Below the pieces are notes generated by a model. The model had not been told where the DNA came from, made no database searches, and saw only the letters and a list, made by a program, of their open reading frames with translations. DNA of 64,000 nucleotides from an uncultured Phycisphaerales bacterium (GTDB taxonomy: Bacteria; Planctomycetota; Phycisphaerae; Tepidisphaerales; Tepidisphaeraceae), in NCBI GenBank assembly GCA_963791055.1, contig CAWBQI010000003.1:804570-868569 (forward strand), read 5' to 3'. Shown one piece after another: positions 18,245-27,559 of this stretch (position 1 is the stretch's first letter; each line of letters begins with the position of its first letter). Position numbers and translations under genes: made by a program.

Positions 18245-19804
18245 TTAATCTCCCGCGCATTTCCGGCTCGGCACGAGTGCGGCGACGAAAAATATCGCCG
18301 CGATAAGGAGCATCATCCACGCGATGCCGGGGAATGTCGGGTTCATCAATTGAAGCAGTTGCGGCCAGCGGGTCGTATCGAAGTTGGCCAACTGTTTAGC
18401 CACCATCGCGAACGAAACGGCCGCCAGGACGATGTGCAGCAATGACAGCTCAAGCGACACCGCCACCATCCCCGCGGAAATTGTAGAGGCCCAGATGGGA
18501 TACCGGTCCCCCATCTGGCACATGACGACCGGGAACACGAGCCAGGGAACAACCAGCGTGACAAGAAACCGCCGGTCGTTTCGACGGCTGTGCAATGCGG
18601 CGGCAGCCGAAGAGATCACCAGGCAAATTCCGTATAGGACCGCCATCGCGGTTTTGACATCCATGTCAGTCGACCAGGCCCAGACGACGGACGGGATGGC
18701 GAAATGGCCGATCCGCCAGGGGCCCGGCGTCGTGAAGGAAAATCGCAATGTTCCCATCTGCTCGTGAATGTCCCACTGATAGCTTTGGCCGAGCAGGGAG
18801 GTGAGATTCGAGAAATTGCGGATGCTCATTTGCATCAGATCATGTTTGACGGACCCGTACGCGAAACCGAGCGTCGCCCACGAATAGCTGCCGTTGAATT
18901 CCCGCGAGGAGATCCATACCGCGACGGCCAAGACGCCGGCCAACCAGAAACCGATTGACCGACGCCCAAGGAACCAGGGCGGAATCAAAACGAGCAGGAA
19001 GAAGCACCCGAGAGTTCCTGCCGGTAAGTCGGACGGTCGGGAAATCACGCCATGGAAAACCAGGGCCATCGCGATCGTCAAGGCGGCAAGCGCCGCCGAG
19101 GCAAGCAGCAGGGATGTGACGACAGCTTGTTCGGCGCTTTCCGGCAGCAAGTCTGGGGAATCCGGCCGCCGTCCAAGCAACGGATCAATCACCCACCGCC
19201 GCGACTCTCGCACCAGGACCGGGCGCAGCCGGGAAATCAAATAGATCAACCCCGTGGCGACGGCGACGGCTTCAATCCATTTCATTCCCGCGGGCGAGTT
19301 AACAAGCCACGGCCATGTGATCAATTCGACCCCGACCAGAAATCCGATGACGATTCGTGCCAGCGCCCCCCACCGCCCTTCAAACAGCGGCCAAAGAATC
19401 AGAATCGGCCCCGCAAGAAGTATCTGGCCCTTGAACATACATCCCAGGCCCAGAAGAATGCCGGCCAGCATCCACCAATCGAGGGATGCCAGCAGCGCCG
19501 CGAACAGGAAAATAGGCAGAATCCAAACATCCCATTGCGGCCACGCGTGTGAGTCGATCAGGAGCAGCGGATTGCACCAGACGAGCATCGCCGCCACCGC
19601 GCCGCACGCCCAGCCCCGATGGACCGGCGGCAGCAACTGGGCGCTAATGACCATCACGATGAATAACGCCAGCAGGCGCATCCAGACCGTCCAGCTTGGC
19701 CAATCGATCCCGCCGATTGGACTACTGTTAATGTCGATCGGCGCCCCATCATTGATGAACGAGAAATCGTCGGTGCAGATCGTTCCACCGGCGCTCGGTG
19801 ACAC
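18245..19804 (-). CDS. polytopic membrane protein, C-module paralog (about 12 TM; putative GT-C-like glycosyltransferase, family unassigned)
   Basis: 519 aa. Paralogous to residues about 330-753 of the 20954-23215 protein (WPQWD(V/C)W...LDWW..AGILLG.GCMFKGQ.L...P.LIL.PL, and later W..GF.YG..KH.DMQ.....SNL.S.L). Confidence 0.8.
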   Translation of the reverse strand: MSPSAGGTICTDDFSFINDGAPIDINSSPIGGIDWPSWTVWMRLLALFIVMVISAQLLPPVHRGWACGAVAAMLVWCNPLLLIDSHAWPQWDVWILPIFLFAALLASLDWWMLAGILLGLGCMFKGQILLAGPILILWPLFEGRWGALARIVIGFLVGVELITWPWLVNSPAGMKWIEAVAVATGLIYLISRLRPVLVRESRRWVIDPLLGRRPDSPDLLPESAEQAVVTSLLLASAALAALTIAMALVFHGVISRPSDLPAGTLGCFFLLVLIPPWFLGRRSIGFWLAGVLAVAVWISSREFNGSYSWATLGFAYGSVKHDLMQMSIRNFSNLTSLLGQSYQWDIHEQMGTLRFSFTTPGPWRIGHFAIPSVVWAWSTDMDVKTAMAVLYGICLVISSAAAALHSRRNDRRFLVTLVVPWLVFPVVMCQMGDRYPIWASTISAGMVAVSLELSLLHIVLAAVSFAMVAKQLANFDTTRWPQLLQLMNPTFPGIAWMMLLIAAIFFVAALVPSRKCAGD

Positions 19805-20952
19805 AGACGCGGAAATGCACCCGCTCTCCCTTTGTCAGCGGTTGAAGCCGAGCCGAGAGTTGCTGGTCGTCGAGGGATGAATCAGCGCCCTGTGCGTCGG
19901 AAGATCGGCCATATGCGGTTGTTGGACCGAAATCGACGTGCCACTGAGTGTTGTCCTGACCCTGGGCATTGATGTTGGCGACAATTGTCGCGCTACCGTC
20001 GCCAGGTTGAACTTGCGCGACCGAAATCATCGGCGCCGGCCGCGGGGGCACATGCACGAGGGAAAGATATGCGTACCAGAATCCACCAGTTGCCAGCATG
20101 AAGGCGAAGATTCCATGCGGCACGATCCAGCGGGATGCGAAGGAACGATCGGGCGGCGCAATCGCTAGTTTGGCGGCCGGTTTCCCCCACCAACGACCGA
20201 TCAACGGTATCGAAATCGGTTTGACCGGTTTGAAGCTGCGGCCAACCCACAGCCAAACCAGCAGAAACATCGCCACCGCCGCGGCGGCGGCGCACCCGGC
20301 ATTGAGAATAAGCAGCGGCTCGGCAACATCTTCATCCTGGCCCAGGGCCGTATCTTCAACGCGCTGGCCGGGATACACATCCATGTCCGGATGTAGACGC
20401 TGGACGTGCCGCACCCAGAGCGTCATCACCGCCAGACGAAGCGGGGGATAATCCAGGTCGTAGTCCCCGCCGGGATTGCTCTGGACTACATCATCGATGT
20501 AAGCGACCAGTCCGCGCATCAACTCAAGGGTTGTGAGCCGACGGAAACCGACGCTGTTTGGACGCGGTTTGCTCGAAAATCCCGCACGGGCCAGCACCCT
20601 GGGAGACTGCTCGGCCATCGCATCAGCCTTGGGTTCGAGCTGGGCGTTGCTTTCAGCGAATCGCATCGCGTCGTTGCCGAATTCAAATCCCCGCATGATG
20701 TCTTCTTTGAAGCGGATGATGCGAGTCGATTGCCAGATATCGCGTCGAAGGTCCATTCCCGCGCCTCAGCGCCCAAACCGCACCGCCAACGAGGAACGTC
20801 GCGACCATCGTCCAGGTGAGGATATTGGCGATGAGATGGAACGGCCCGGAGATCTGCCGCGTCTGTCGCCGAGCCGACACAATCGGCGCGGATGAAATCG
20901 CCACCGTTGCCGGTTCTTTCAAATCGTAGGTTTCTTCTGTTTGGTTGGTCAC
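19749..20952 (-). CDS. N-module paralog with C-terminal Fn3/purple-acid-phosphatase-N-like domain; apparent frameshift near 20690-20760 separates an N-terminal TM segment (20683-20952 frame) from the 335-aa body (19749-20756 frame)
   Basis: The body is paralogous to residues 40-330 of the 753-aa protein, including the GDYDLDYPPLRLAVMTL motif. The 89-aa ORF 20683-20952 supplies the missing TM helix that matches the 753-aa N-terminus. The tail QWHVDFGPTTAYGRSS...LQPLTKGERVHFRV fits the Fn3 W..YG..L.PGT.Y.YRV pattern. Confidence 0.6.
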
Positions 20953-20953
20953 T

Positions 20954-23215
20954 TCAAAGCACCTCGACCGGCCGTCGCCATTTCCATGACGGCATTAATG
21001 CACTGACCAGAAACACCGCCGCCAGCAAAACCGTCAGCCAGCCAAGGTCGGGATAAGTCGGTTGAGTGATTGAGTAAGCCACCGGCGCGGTATCGGTGCT
21101 GAAATCGAGCATCTGATTTCCCAGCATCAGCGTGGCCAGCACAGTCTGAAGAAATGGCAAAAGACTCATCTCCGCGGAAATGCCGATCAGGAGCGATCCG
21201 ACAACCGCCGGAAGCGTCATGTAGTGCGCGGTCATTTGAGTGAGCAGAACCGTGAAAAGCACCCATGGCGCGACCAAGACAATCAAAAACCTCGGATCCT
21301 TTCGCCGCATGTGCACGGCCGCGGCGATCGTGCACAGCAGAAGCGCAACGGTGAATATCGTTCCGCAAAAGCCCTGCATGTCCAGTGTCATCGGCCCCAG
21401 GAAAGGCAGATGAAGCGTGGTCACGAAATCGTGCAGATTCCAGCCATATCGTTCGTGAAGAATGGAAGAGAGATTGCTCAAACTGTTTGCCCCAAGCTGC
21501 ATATCCCCGTGCTTTTGGGTGCCATAGACGAAACCGATATCCCACCACGTTCGGCTGCCGTTGGCGTATGTCCCAACCAGCCAAAGCGGCGCGGCGAAGG
21601 CGAAGAGCAGCCACGCTCCCATCAGCCGCGTTGGCAAAACCCAGGGGACCACGAAAATTGCCAAGGCGAGGAGCGCGACAACCGCCGGTGTGCCATGATG
21701 CACAATCATCACAAAAATCAGGCAACCGACCGCCAGGAGAAACGCCACGCCGGTCCAGAGAATTGTCTGGCTGAGGGTGGCCGGCAAATCCGCCGCGAAC
21801 CGCCGCCAGGCGTCGCGCCCCTGCTGCCACATAAATCCCCGCGTGACCGAAAGCAGGCAGAAAAACGCGGCAGTGATGAACGCAAGAAATACCCATCTCT
21901 CCGCCGACAAGTTGGTCACCAGCCACGGCCAAACGACCATTCCCGCGCCCGCGATCAAACCGACCAGAATGCGGAAGAATCTTCCCGGCCATCCGGCCAG
22001 AAGCGGGCAAAGAATTAGCACCGGCGAGACGAACAAAAGCTGCCCTTTGAACATGCAACCGACACCCAGAAGAATCCCCGCCGCGATCCACCAATCAAGC
22101 GTGACGAGAATCGCGGCGACGAGAAAGAACGGCGGCAGCCAGCAATCCCATTGCGGCCAGCCAAAATCGTCCGGCAGGGATGAAGGATTCAGCCACGCCA
22201 TCGTGGCCGCGACCATCGCGCACATCGGTGCCCGAAACGGCCGCGGCAAAAACCGCGCAAGGCAGACTACCGAGATATATCTCAGCAGCAGAAACACCCA
22301 CCACCCCACGCTGGAAATGCGCACATCAATCGGCGAGCTGCTGATATCATCCGGCAGCGGCATCTGCCAACTGAGATGCGGCCTGACCACTTTGGCGATC
22401 CCGAAGATGACAACCGGAGCCAGAAGCATCGGATCGCCCCACCGGCCTCGCCAGGAAGATGAATCAGCCCCATCGCCGATCGGGGAACGAGCCGGACGAC
22501 GTTCCATCCACAGCCAGACGAGAACAAAAATCGCCATGGCCGAGATCCCTTCACAGACCATGTTGGTCATCAGCAGGGGCTGACAAATATCCATCGTTGC
22601 GACGATGGTTTGATTTCGATCCGGGTCGAACACCCGCTGTGGCGTTCGCGGATAGGCGGTAATCCCTGGATAGTTTGTCTGCACATGCCAGGTGAAGAGG
22701 GTCATCACCAGCAGCCGCATCGGCGGGTAATCCATATCGAAATCGCCCTGCGGCCCTTGATCGCGATACAGGTTCTCGTATGTCGCAACCCACCCGCGGA
22801 GAATTAGGCCGTAAACCGGCTTGAGGTGATCCCATCGCTGGCAAAAATTGCGCGTGTTGAAAGGTGAATCGAACAACCCCGGCCCCGGATGCGCGATGGT
22901 CGCAGGCGGATGACCCGCGGCAGTCTTATCGGCTTCTTCCCGCCGCTGCTCCGCAGTCTTATGGCTCTCATCTTCACTGGCAACCGCTTCGGCATTGCGC
23001 AGAACCATATCCCCATGTTCCAACGCGCTGTTCAGGTCCATGATCGCGTGATTCGGCGTGAAATAGACCCAGAAATCCTGTTTGAGATCGTACCCCAGCC
23101 CGACCATTCTCCAAGCCCAGTAAACCAGAACCCCGACAACAAACGCCCAGCCCCCAAGCCAAATGGCCTTGCTCCGCATCGAGCCCGTGGGATTCTCCTG
23201 CCCGCCGCTGGTCAT
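20954..23215 (-). CDS. fused two-module polytopic membrane protein (N-module with GDFDMDYPPMRL loop + C-module), putative GT-C-like glycosyltransferase
   Basis: 753 aa. N-terminal TM, a roughly 190-aa loop carrying the conserved acidic motif, then at least 11 TM. Both halves have separate paralogs immediately downstream. Confidence 0.8.
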   Translation of the reverse strand: MTSGGQENPTGSMRSKAIWLGGWAFVVGVLVYWAWRMVGLGYDLKQDFWVYFTPNHAIMDLNSALEHGDMVLRNAEAVASEDESHKTAEQRREEADKTAAGHPPATIAHPGPGLFDSPFNTRNFCQRWDHLKPVYGLILRGWVATYENLYRDQGPQGDFDMDYPPMRLLVMTLFTWHVQTNYPGITAYPRTPQRVFDPDRNQTIVATMDICQPLLMTNMVCEGISAMAIFVLVWLWMERRPARSPIGDGADSSSWRGRWGDPMLLAPVVIFGIAKVVRPHLSWQMPLPDDISSSPIDVRISSVGWWVFLLLRYISVVCLARFLPRPFRAPMCAMVAATMAWLNPSSLPDDFGWPQWDCWLPPFFLVAAILVTLDWWIAAGILLGVGCMFKGQLLFVSPVLILCPLLAGWPGRFFRILVGLIAGAGMVVWPWLVTNLSAERWVFLAFITAAFFCLLSVTRGFMWQQGRDAWRRFAADLPATLSQTILWTGVAFLLAVGCLIFVMIVHHGTPAVVALLALAIFVVPWVLPTRLMGAWLLFAFAAPLWLVGTYANGSRTWWDIGFVYGTQKHGDMQLGANSLSNLSSILHERYGWNLHDFVTTLHLPFLGPMTLDMQGFCGTIFTVALLLCTIAAAVHMRRKDPRFLIVLVAPWVLFTVLLTQMTAHYMTLPAVVGSLLIGISAEMSLLPFLQTVLATLMLGNQMLDFSTDTAPVAYSITQPTYPDLGWLTVLLAAVFLVSALMPSWKWRRPVEVL

Positions 23216-23502
23216 CGGCCAACCCTGTTCATAAATCCGGATAGAAACGCGGTTTATCCGACGCTAACTTGCAGCATAAACGGCGGCGCGAAACAATCAA
23301 CCTCAGCGCACAAACTGCGCGCCGGCGCGGTCGATGCCGGAACTAGAAATAAGACGATTCGAATGCTGATTTGTTGCAGAGAGCCACCGATTGCCGTGAT
23401 TCGACTGTTATGAAATGGCCGGTGCAAGGACAAATGGGACAGAATTCCAGCTTTGTTCAAGGATTCCGCCGCCGTGGGATGACGGATAGATCATTATTTA
23501 TC

Positions 23503-23814
23503 TCAATTCCCGGGTATCGTCGTTTTCCATTCGCGTTCATGGCGCGCTCCGTGGAGGACTCGAAATACGACTATAGCATCCGGCCGGAGCACGAAAAAAA
23601 CGCGATATGGAAAACGCCGGATGAGCACCCGGCGCACTTCGGGGCGACGACGCAACCGCCTGTATTTCCGGGGATTCGCGGCAGCGCTCCCGATCGCGGC
23701 ATTGACTTCGGTGATGAATTCTTCCCCTAAACCAGTTCGTTGGTCTTGATACCAAAGCGCCGCTTTGGAAATGTCTGCTTCGGCCTCCCCGCGAATGATA
23801 AGCCGGCGAATCAT
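23503..23814 (-). CDS. parE: ParE/RelE-family type II toxin
   Basis: 103 aa. IRPEAEADI..A..WY, ...RRALIRRFPY.VFF..RPD.IVV.RVLHGARH motif. Confidence 0.75.
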   Translation of the reverse strand: MIRRLIIRGEAEADISKAALWYQDQRTGLGEEFITEVNAAIGSAAANPRKYRRLRRRPEVRRVLIRRFPYRVFFVLRPDAIVVFRVLHGARHEREWKTTIPGN

Positions 23815-24044
23815 GGACGCAGCTTCGCGCGGACACGGGCTTCAACTTCCGCCCACGAACTGCCCGCGTCCGGGTTCTTGCCATAATCCGCCAGAGCCGC
23901 ATCCAAAGCTACCTTGTCGGCATCGGTAAGTTCACCACTGTCGAGCCAATGCTCGCCGGCAAGTTCATCAAGTTTGGCTTGAACCTCGGCCAGTTCTTCG
24001 GCCTTGAGCTTAGGCAGTTCGGCAAGGATTTCAGCTTTGCTCAT
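23811..24044 (-). CDS. antitoxin, putative addiction-module component (TIGR02574-like)
   Basis: 77 aa, acidic and helical. 4-nt overlap with the ParE-like gene. Confidence 0.6.
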   Translation of the reverse strand: MSKAEILAELPKLKAEELAEVQAKLDELAGEHWLDSGELTDADKVALDAALADYGKNPDAGSSWAEVEARVRAKLRP

Positions 24045-24162
24045 GGCTGGATTTTAACCCGTCCGCGCAGCCGCGGCAAATATCGCATTGAGCCAAAAAA
24101 CCAGCCACTAAATCTCGAATTTTCTGATCGGTCATTCACGCGATCTGCTGGAGCCGCGGGCC

Positions 24163-24705
24163 TCACCGACCATTCCCTTCCGATCGATCCCCCACAATCT
24201 CGAACAAGAACCACGTCCGCCGCTCGGTCTGATCGATCCACACCTCCAGCATGCTGGTGGTCGCGACATCGTTGGCTTGCTCGCAAACCTCATGCGCCGC
24301 GCGCATGAATTGCGTCAACCGCTGATTGTCCTCGAGCAACTCAGCGAGCATTTCCCTCGGCGGAACGAAATCATCATTGTTGTCCTTAAGACGCTGATGC
24401 CGCGAGATATCGCTGATGGAATGAAGCGTCAGCCCGCCGATCTTGCGGGCTCGTTCTGCGATGTCATCGGTCATGGCGAAAATCTGGTCGGAATGCTCGT
24501 CGAGGAGAAGGTGATAATCGCGAAAGTGACTCCCACTCATGTGCCAATGAAAATTCTTCGTCTTTGTGTACAACGCAAACACATCGGCCAGGAGCTTGCG
24601 AAGTTCTCCCGAGATCGCCGCAACGCCCTTCCGATCCAGATCGGTTGTCGTTTCCAGGGCGGCGTTTTCTCGTACTTTGGATTCTGGTGCGTTCGCTACT
24701 TTCAT
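24163..24705 (-). CDS. dps: Dps (DNA-binding ferritin-like starvation protein)
   Basis: Ferroxidase-site motifs LYTKTKNFHWHMSG..F..YHLLLDEH and ...ERARKIGG. 180 aa. Confidence 0.9.
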   Translation of the reverse strand: MKVANAPESKVRENAALETTTDLDRKGVAAISGELRKLLADVFALYTKTKNFHWHMSGSHFRDYHLLLDEHSDQIFAMTDDIAERARKIGGLTLHSISDISRHQRLKDNNDDFVPPREMLAELLEDNQRLTQFMRAAHEVCEQANDVATTSMLEVWIDQTERRTWFLFEIVGDRSEGNGR

Positions 24706-24756
24706 TGCTTGATCCTCTGGTTATTAGTTAATCATCGAATTCCCAAATCGATTCTG

Positions 24757-25593
24757 TCACGATTGCTTGAGGAAATCGAGTAGTGCGGGGTTCACGATAT
24801 CCACATGTGTCCATGTGATGCAATGCGGTCCATCCTTCACCACCACATAGCGGGCGCCTTTGACCAGCTTGGCCGTGCGCTGTCCTGATGCGCCGATCGG
24901 AAGGATCCGATCCGCATCACCGTGAATAACCAATGTCGGCATGTCGATCCGCGACAGGTCCTTGCGGAAATCCGTGTGCCATGTCGGCACGCAGGCAACG
25001 CTCGCGGTAGCCGAGGCGCCCGCGGCGACGTTCCAACACGACCGAACAGTCTCTTCGCTCACGCGCTTGCCTAGAAGGACATCCGTATTGAAAAAATTCT
25101 GGAAAAATCCGGTAAAAAATGCGTACCGATCGGCCGCGGCAGCCTTGGCGATCCCCGCAAACACGCTCGCGTCAACGCCCTCGGGATTGTCCGGCGTCTT
25201 CAGCAGAAACGGCGGGACTGAAGAAATGAACACCGCCTTGCTGACGCGCTCCGATCCATAATTACCGATATAGCGGGCCACTTCCCCGCCCCCCATCGAA
25301 AACCCCACGAGCGTGATGTCCCGCAGATCAAGCGACGTTACCAGCTTGTTCAGGTCCTGGGCAAACGTATCGTAATCATACCCGGCCGTCGGCTGGCTAG
25401 ACCTGCCGAATCCCCGGCGGTCATACGTGATCACTCGCCGGCCCGCCTGCAGAAGAACCGGAACTTGTTTCTCCCACGAAGACCCGCTCAGCGGATAACC
25501 ATGAATCAATACGACGGGTTTTCCCTCTCCGTGATCCTCATAATACAACTCGATTGGCCCGGAATTTTCCTGATCGACTTTGACATGGGGCAT
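24757..25593 (-). CDS. alpha/beta hydrolase, non-heme chloroperoxidase/arylesterase-like
   Basis: HG-YPLSG oxyanion region and GFSMGG nucleophile elbow. 279 aa from the internal ATG (complement 25591-25593); the ORF-track N-extension is unlikely. Confidence 0.85.
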   Translation of the reverse strand: MPHVKVDQENSGPIELYYEDHGEGKPVVLIHGYPLSGSSWEKQVPVLLQAGRRVITYDRRGFGRSSQPTAGYDYDTFAQDLNKLVTSLDLRDITLVGFSMGGGEVARYIGNYGSERVSKAVFISSVPPFLLKTPDNPEGVDASVFAGIAKAAAADRYAFFTGFFQNFFNTDVLLGKRVSEETVRSCWNVAAGASATASVACVPTWHTDFRKDLSRIDMPTLVIHGDADRILPIGASGQRTAKLVKGARYVVVKDGPHCITWTHVDIVNPALLDFLKQS

Positions 25594-25960
25594 TGTGAAT
25601 CTCCTTTCCGATTTCGAATTCGCCTGACAAGCGCTCGGCGAGCGCTTCTGCTTGCGAAGGAATATGATAGGCATGGGCCGGCGGGGATTTCCCACACCGA
25701 ACAACGTTGACGATAATCATTCCCGATTCTGCGCAGGATACCCGCGTTCTTATTTTTTAATAAAGGGTTATTTTTGGCGACAGCCGTCAAGTCGTGCCCG
25801 AATTTTCGCATCGATATACCTGACAGACACCAAATAAAACGATAAGACGGCGCATGTCCGTCGGCCGGACCGCGCCAGCGTCCGATTAATTATCTGTCTT
25901 AGCGATGCCATTCGACGCCCCCCGGAAAGTCCGTGGGAAACGTGAAACCAGCCTCCGTTT

Positions 25961-27013
25961 GTGCCGAGATTCTTAATGGACATTGCCACAATGGGAGAGA
26001 ATATGTCGCAGGCCCGATTAAGCCCCACTTTATCGTATGCCCCGCCCGCGAAGTCTTCTGGTCGCTGGATTTACGTAATCGCGGCGGGTCTCTTCACCAC
26101 CGCCCTCACTCTGGCCGGCACTGCCTGGCTCGTGCAACAATCCAAGGGCCACGTCAACCTCATGGGCATTTACATCGACGGCATTCTTCCACTGGGCGCC
26201 CTCCTCGTCGGGGCATCGGCCGCCAGCGGATATGCCGTCGTCGCCTGGCTCCTTGGATGTCGAATTGAACGACCCCTCCTGCTGCGCATTTGCGTTTTGA
26301 CGCTGCTGGCCTATGGGCTCATGCATTACCTCGAATTCAGGGCTTTAGGGCCGCTCATACACAAAGCCACCGGCCAGCCCGTGACGTTCCTTGAGCACTT
26401 CGATAACACAACCCGCACCATTCATTTCGTTTCAATGTACTCCCCAACGCAAACTCCATACGATCGCCAGCGTAGGGAACAAGCGCAAGGGTTGGGTGTG
26501 CTCGGCTATGGCGTGCGCGCCGTGGAAGCCGGCGCATTTTCGATCGGCGCGATCCTTACGCCGTTTCTCGCCCTGCACAAAAAGAAATACTGCGACCTTT
26601 GCGAACGGTATTTTACGACGCTTCATCTTGGCATTGTCCCGGCAAGCGTTCCCCCGAAGAAGACCCTGGGCTTTCTCACTCCGTCATCGGTTAAGCTTGA
26701 TGGCGAACACGCCGTCGCCGCCCGAGAGGCGCAGGAACTCATCCAACAAATGGCCGCCAGTCTTCAAAACGGCCAGGTCGAGGAATTCCGTCGATCGCTC
26801 GCGGGCATTCACGCTGGTTCTCCGGCGGCCAAAAAACTTCCGCGCCGCGCCGAGCTTCTCCTGAGCTGGTGTGCAAGCTGCGGCCAGGCAATTTTCCATG
26901 CCAATATGATCATCGGCCTCGACGGCCGAAAAACACGCACGCGGGAAATGATCGTCGTGCCCATCGAACCCGCCGTGGCGGTCGAAATCCGCGCATACCA
27001 GTCCACCCTTTAA
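25961..27013 (+). CDS. hypothetical membrane protein with cytoplasmic double-CxxC (zinc-ribbon-like) domain
   Basis: 4 predicted N-terminal TM helices. CDLC...WCASC cysteine pairs. Confidence 0.5.
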   Translation: MPRFLMDIATMGENMSQARLSPTLSYAPPAKSSGRWIYVIAAGLFTTALTLAGTAWLVQQSKGHVNLMGIYIDGILPLGALLVGASAASGYAVVAWLLGCRIERPLLLRICVLTLLAYGLMHYLEFRALGPLIHKATGQPVTFLEHFDNTTRTIHFVSMYSPTQTPYDRQRREQAQGLGVLGYGVRAVEAGAFSIGAILTPFLALHKKKYCDLCERYFTTLHLGIVPASVPPKKTLGFLTPSSVKLDGEHAVAAREAQELIQQMAASLQNGQVEEFRRSLAGIHAGSPAAKKLPRRAELLLSWCASCGQAIFHANMIIGLDGRKTRTREMIVVPIEPAVAVEIRAYQSTL

Positions 27014-27033
27014 TCCAACCTGGAGATGCATTA

Positions 27034-27402
27034 ATGACAGATTACACCGAACTTGATTCCGAGATCGCAACTTCCGATCGCTTCATCGGCGTAATGAAAT
27101 GGCCGATCATGTTCATTCTCGTGATCACTTCGTTGCCGGCAGGCGTCACACATGAAGAGCATGCGTCGCCAAAATGGCGGAACCAAAAGAAAATCGAGAG
27201 CGGCGAAAATGTGTTCCACATGGCGTTGCTAATCGGCACCGCCGTCGTCCTCGCGCACGCCGCTTTGGTCGGTTTGTCGCTGCGAAAGTGGGATGAGGGC
27301 TTCCTGGGTGTGCGAGGCGCCGTCTGGTTTTCCCTCGCCTGGTCTGTGTTCGCCCTCGGTATGACGATCGGAATATGGCTTTATAGCGTGGACCCGGATT
27401 AA
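27034..27402 (+). CDS. small hypothetical membrane protein (3 TM)
   Basis: ATG at 27034 in frame with the ORF-track frame. The start was chosen to avoid overlap with the upstream gene. Confidence 0.45.
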   Translation: MTDYTELDSEIATSDRFIGVMKWPIMFILVITSLPAGVTHEEHASPKWRNQKKIESGENVFHMALLIGTAVVLAHAALVGLSLRKWDEGFLGVRGAVWFSLAWSVFALGMTIGIWLYSVDPD

Positions 27403-27408
27403 CGCCGA

Positions 27409-27470
27409 TTTATTTCCCCTCCCCTGGTCTTCCGCTAGTTTCCGCAGGATGGGTGGGGGTCTTTTTTTCG
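27409..27470 (+). terminator. terminator-like C-run/G-run hairpin + T7 (member of a repeated element, see 29565-29630)
   Basis: tttcccctcccctggt...gggtgggggtctttttttcggg sits directly after the stop at 27402. Confidence 0.55.
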
Positions 27471-27503
27471 GGCGTCTCGGCCCGTCAACGATGCAGCGTT
27501 ACT

Positions 27504-27547
27504 TTCAAATTTGAAATCTCAAATCTCAAATTTCAAATCTCAAATTT
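27504..27547 (-). repeat. AT-rich heptanucleotide tandem array 12 nt after the stop of the GT3-like pseudogene
   Basis: aaatttgagatttgaaatttgagatttgagatttcaaatttgaaa on the minus strand. Identical spacing to the sucD copy. Confidence 0.8.
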
Positions 27548-27559
27548 CCGCTTTTTCCC

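Noticed and set aside
20949-22094. 381-aa minus-strand ORF
   Set aside because: Alternative frame fully inside the 753-aa membrane protein gene, with G/R/A-rich junk composition.
27504-27547. Heptamer arrays considered as CRISPR
   Set aside because: Period is 7 nt with no spacers. There are no cas genes in the window.
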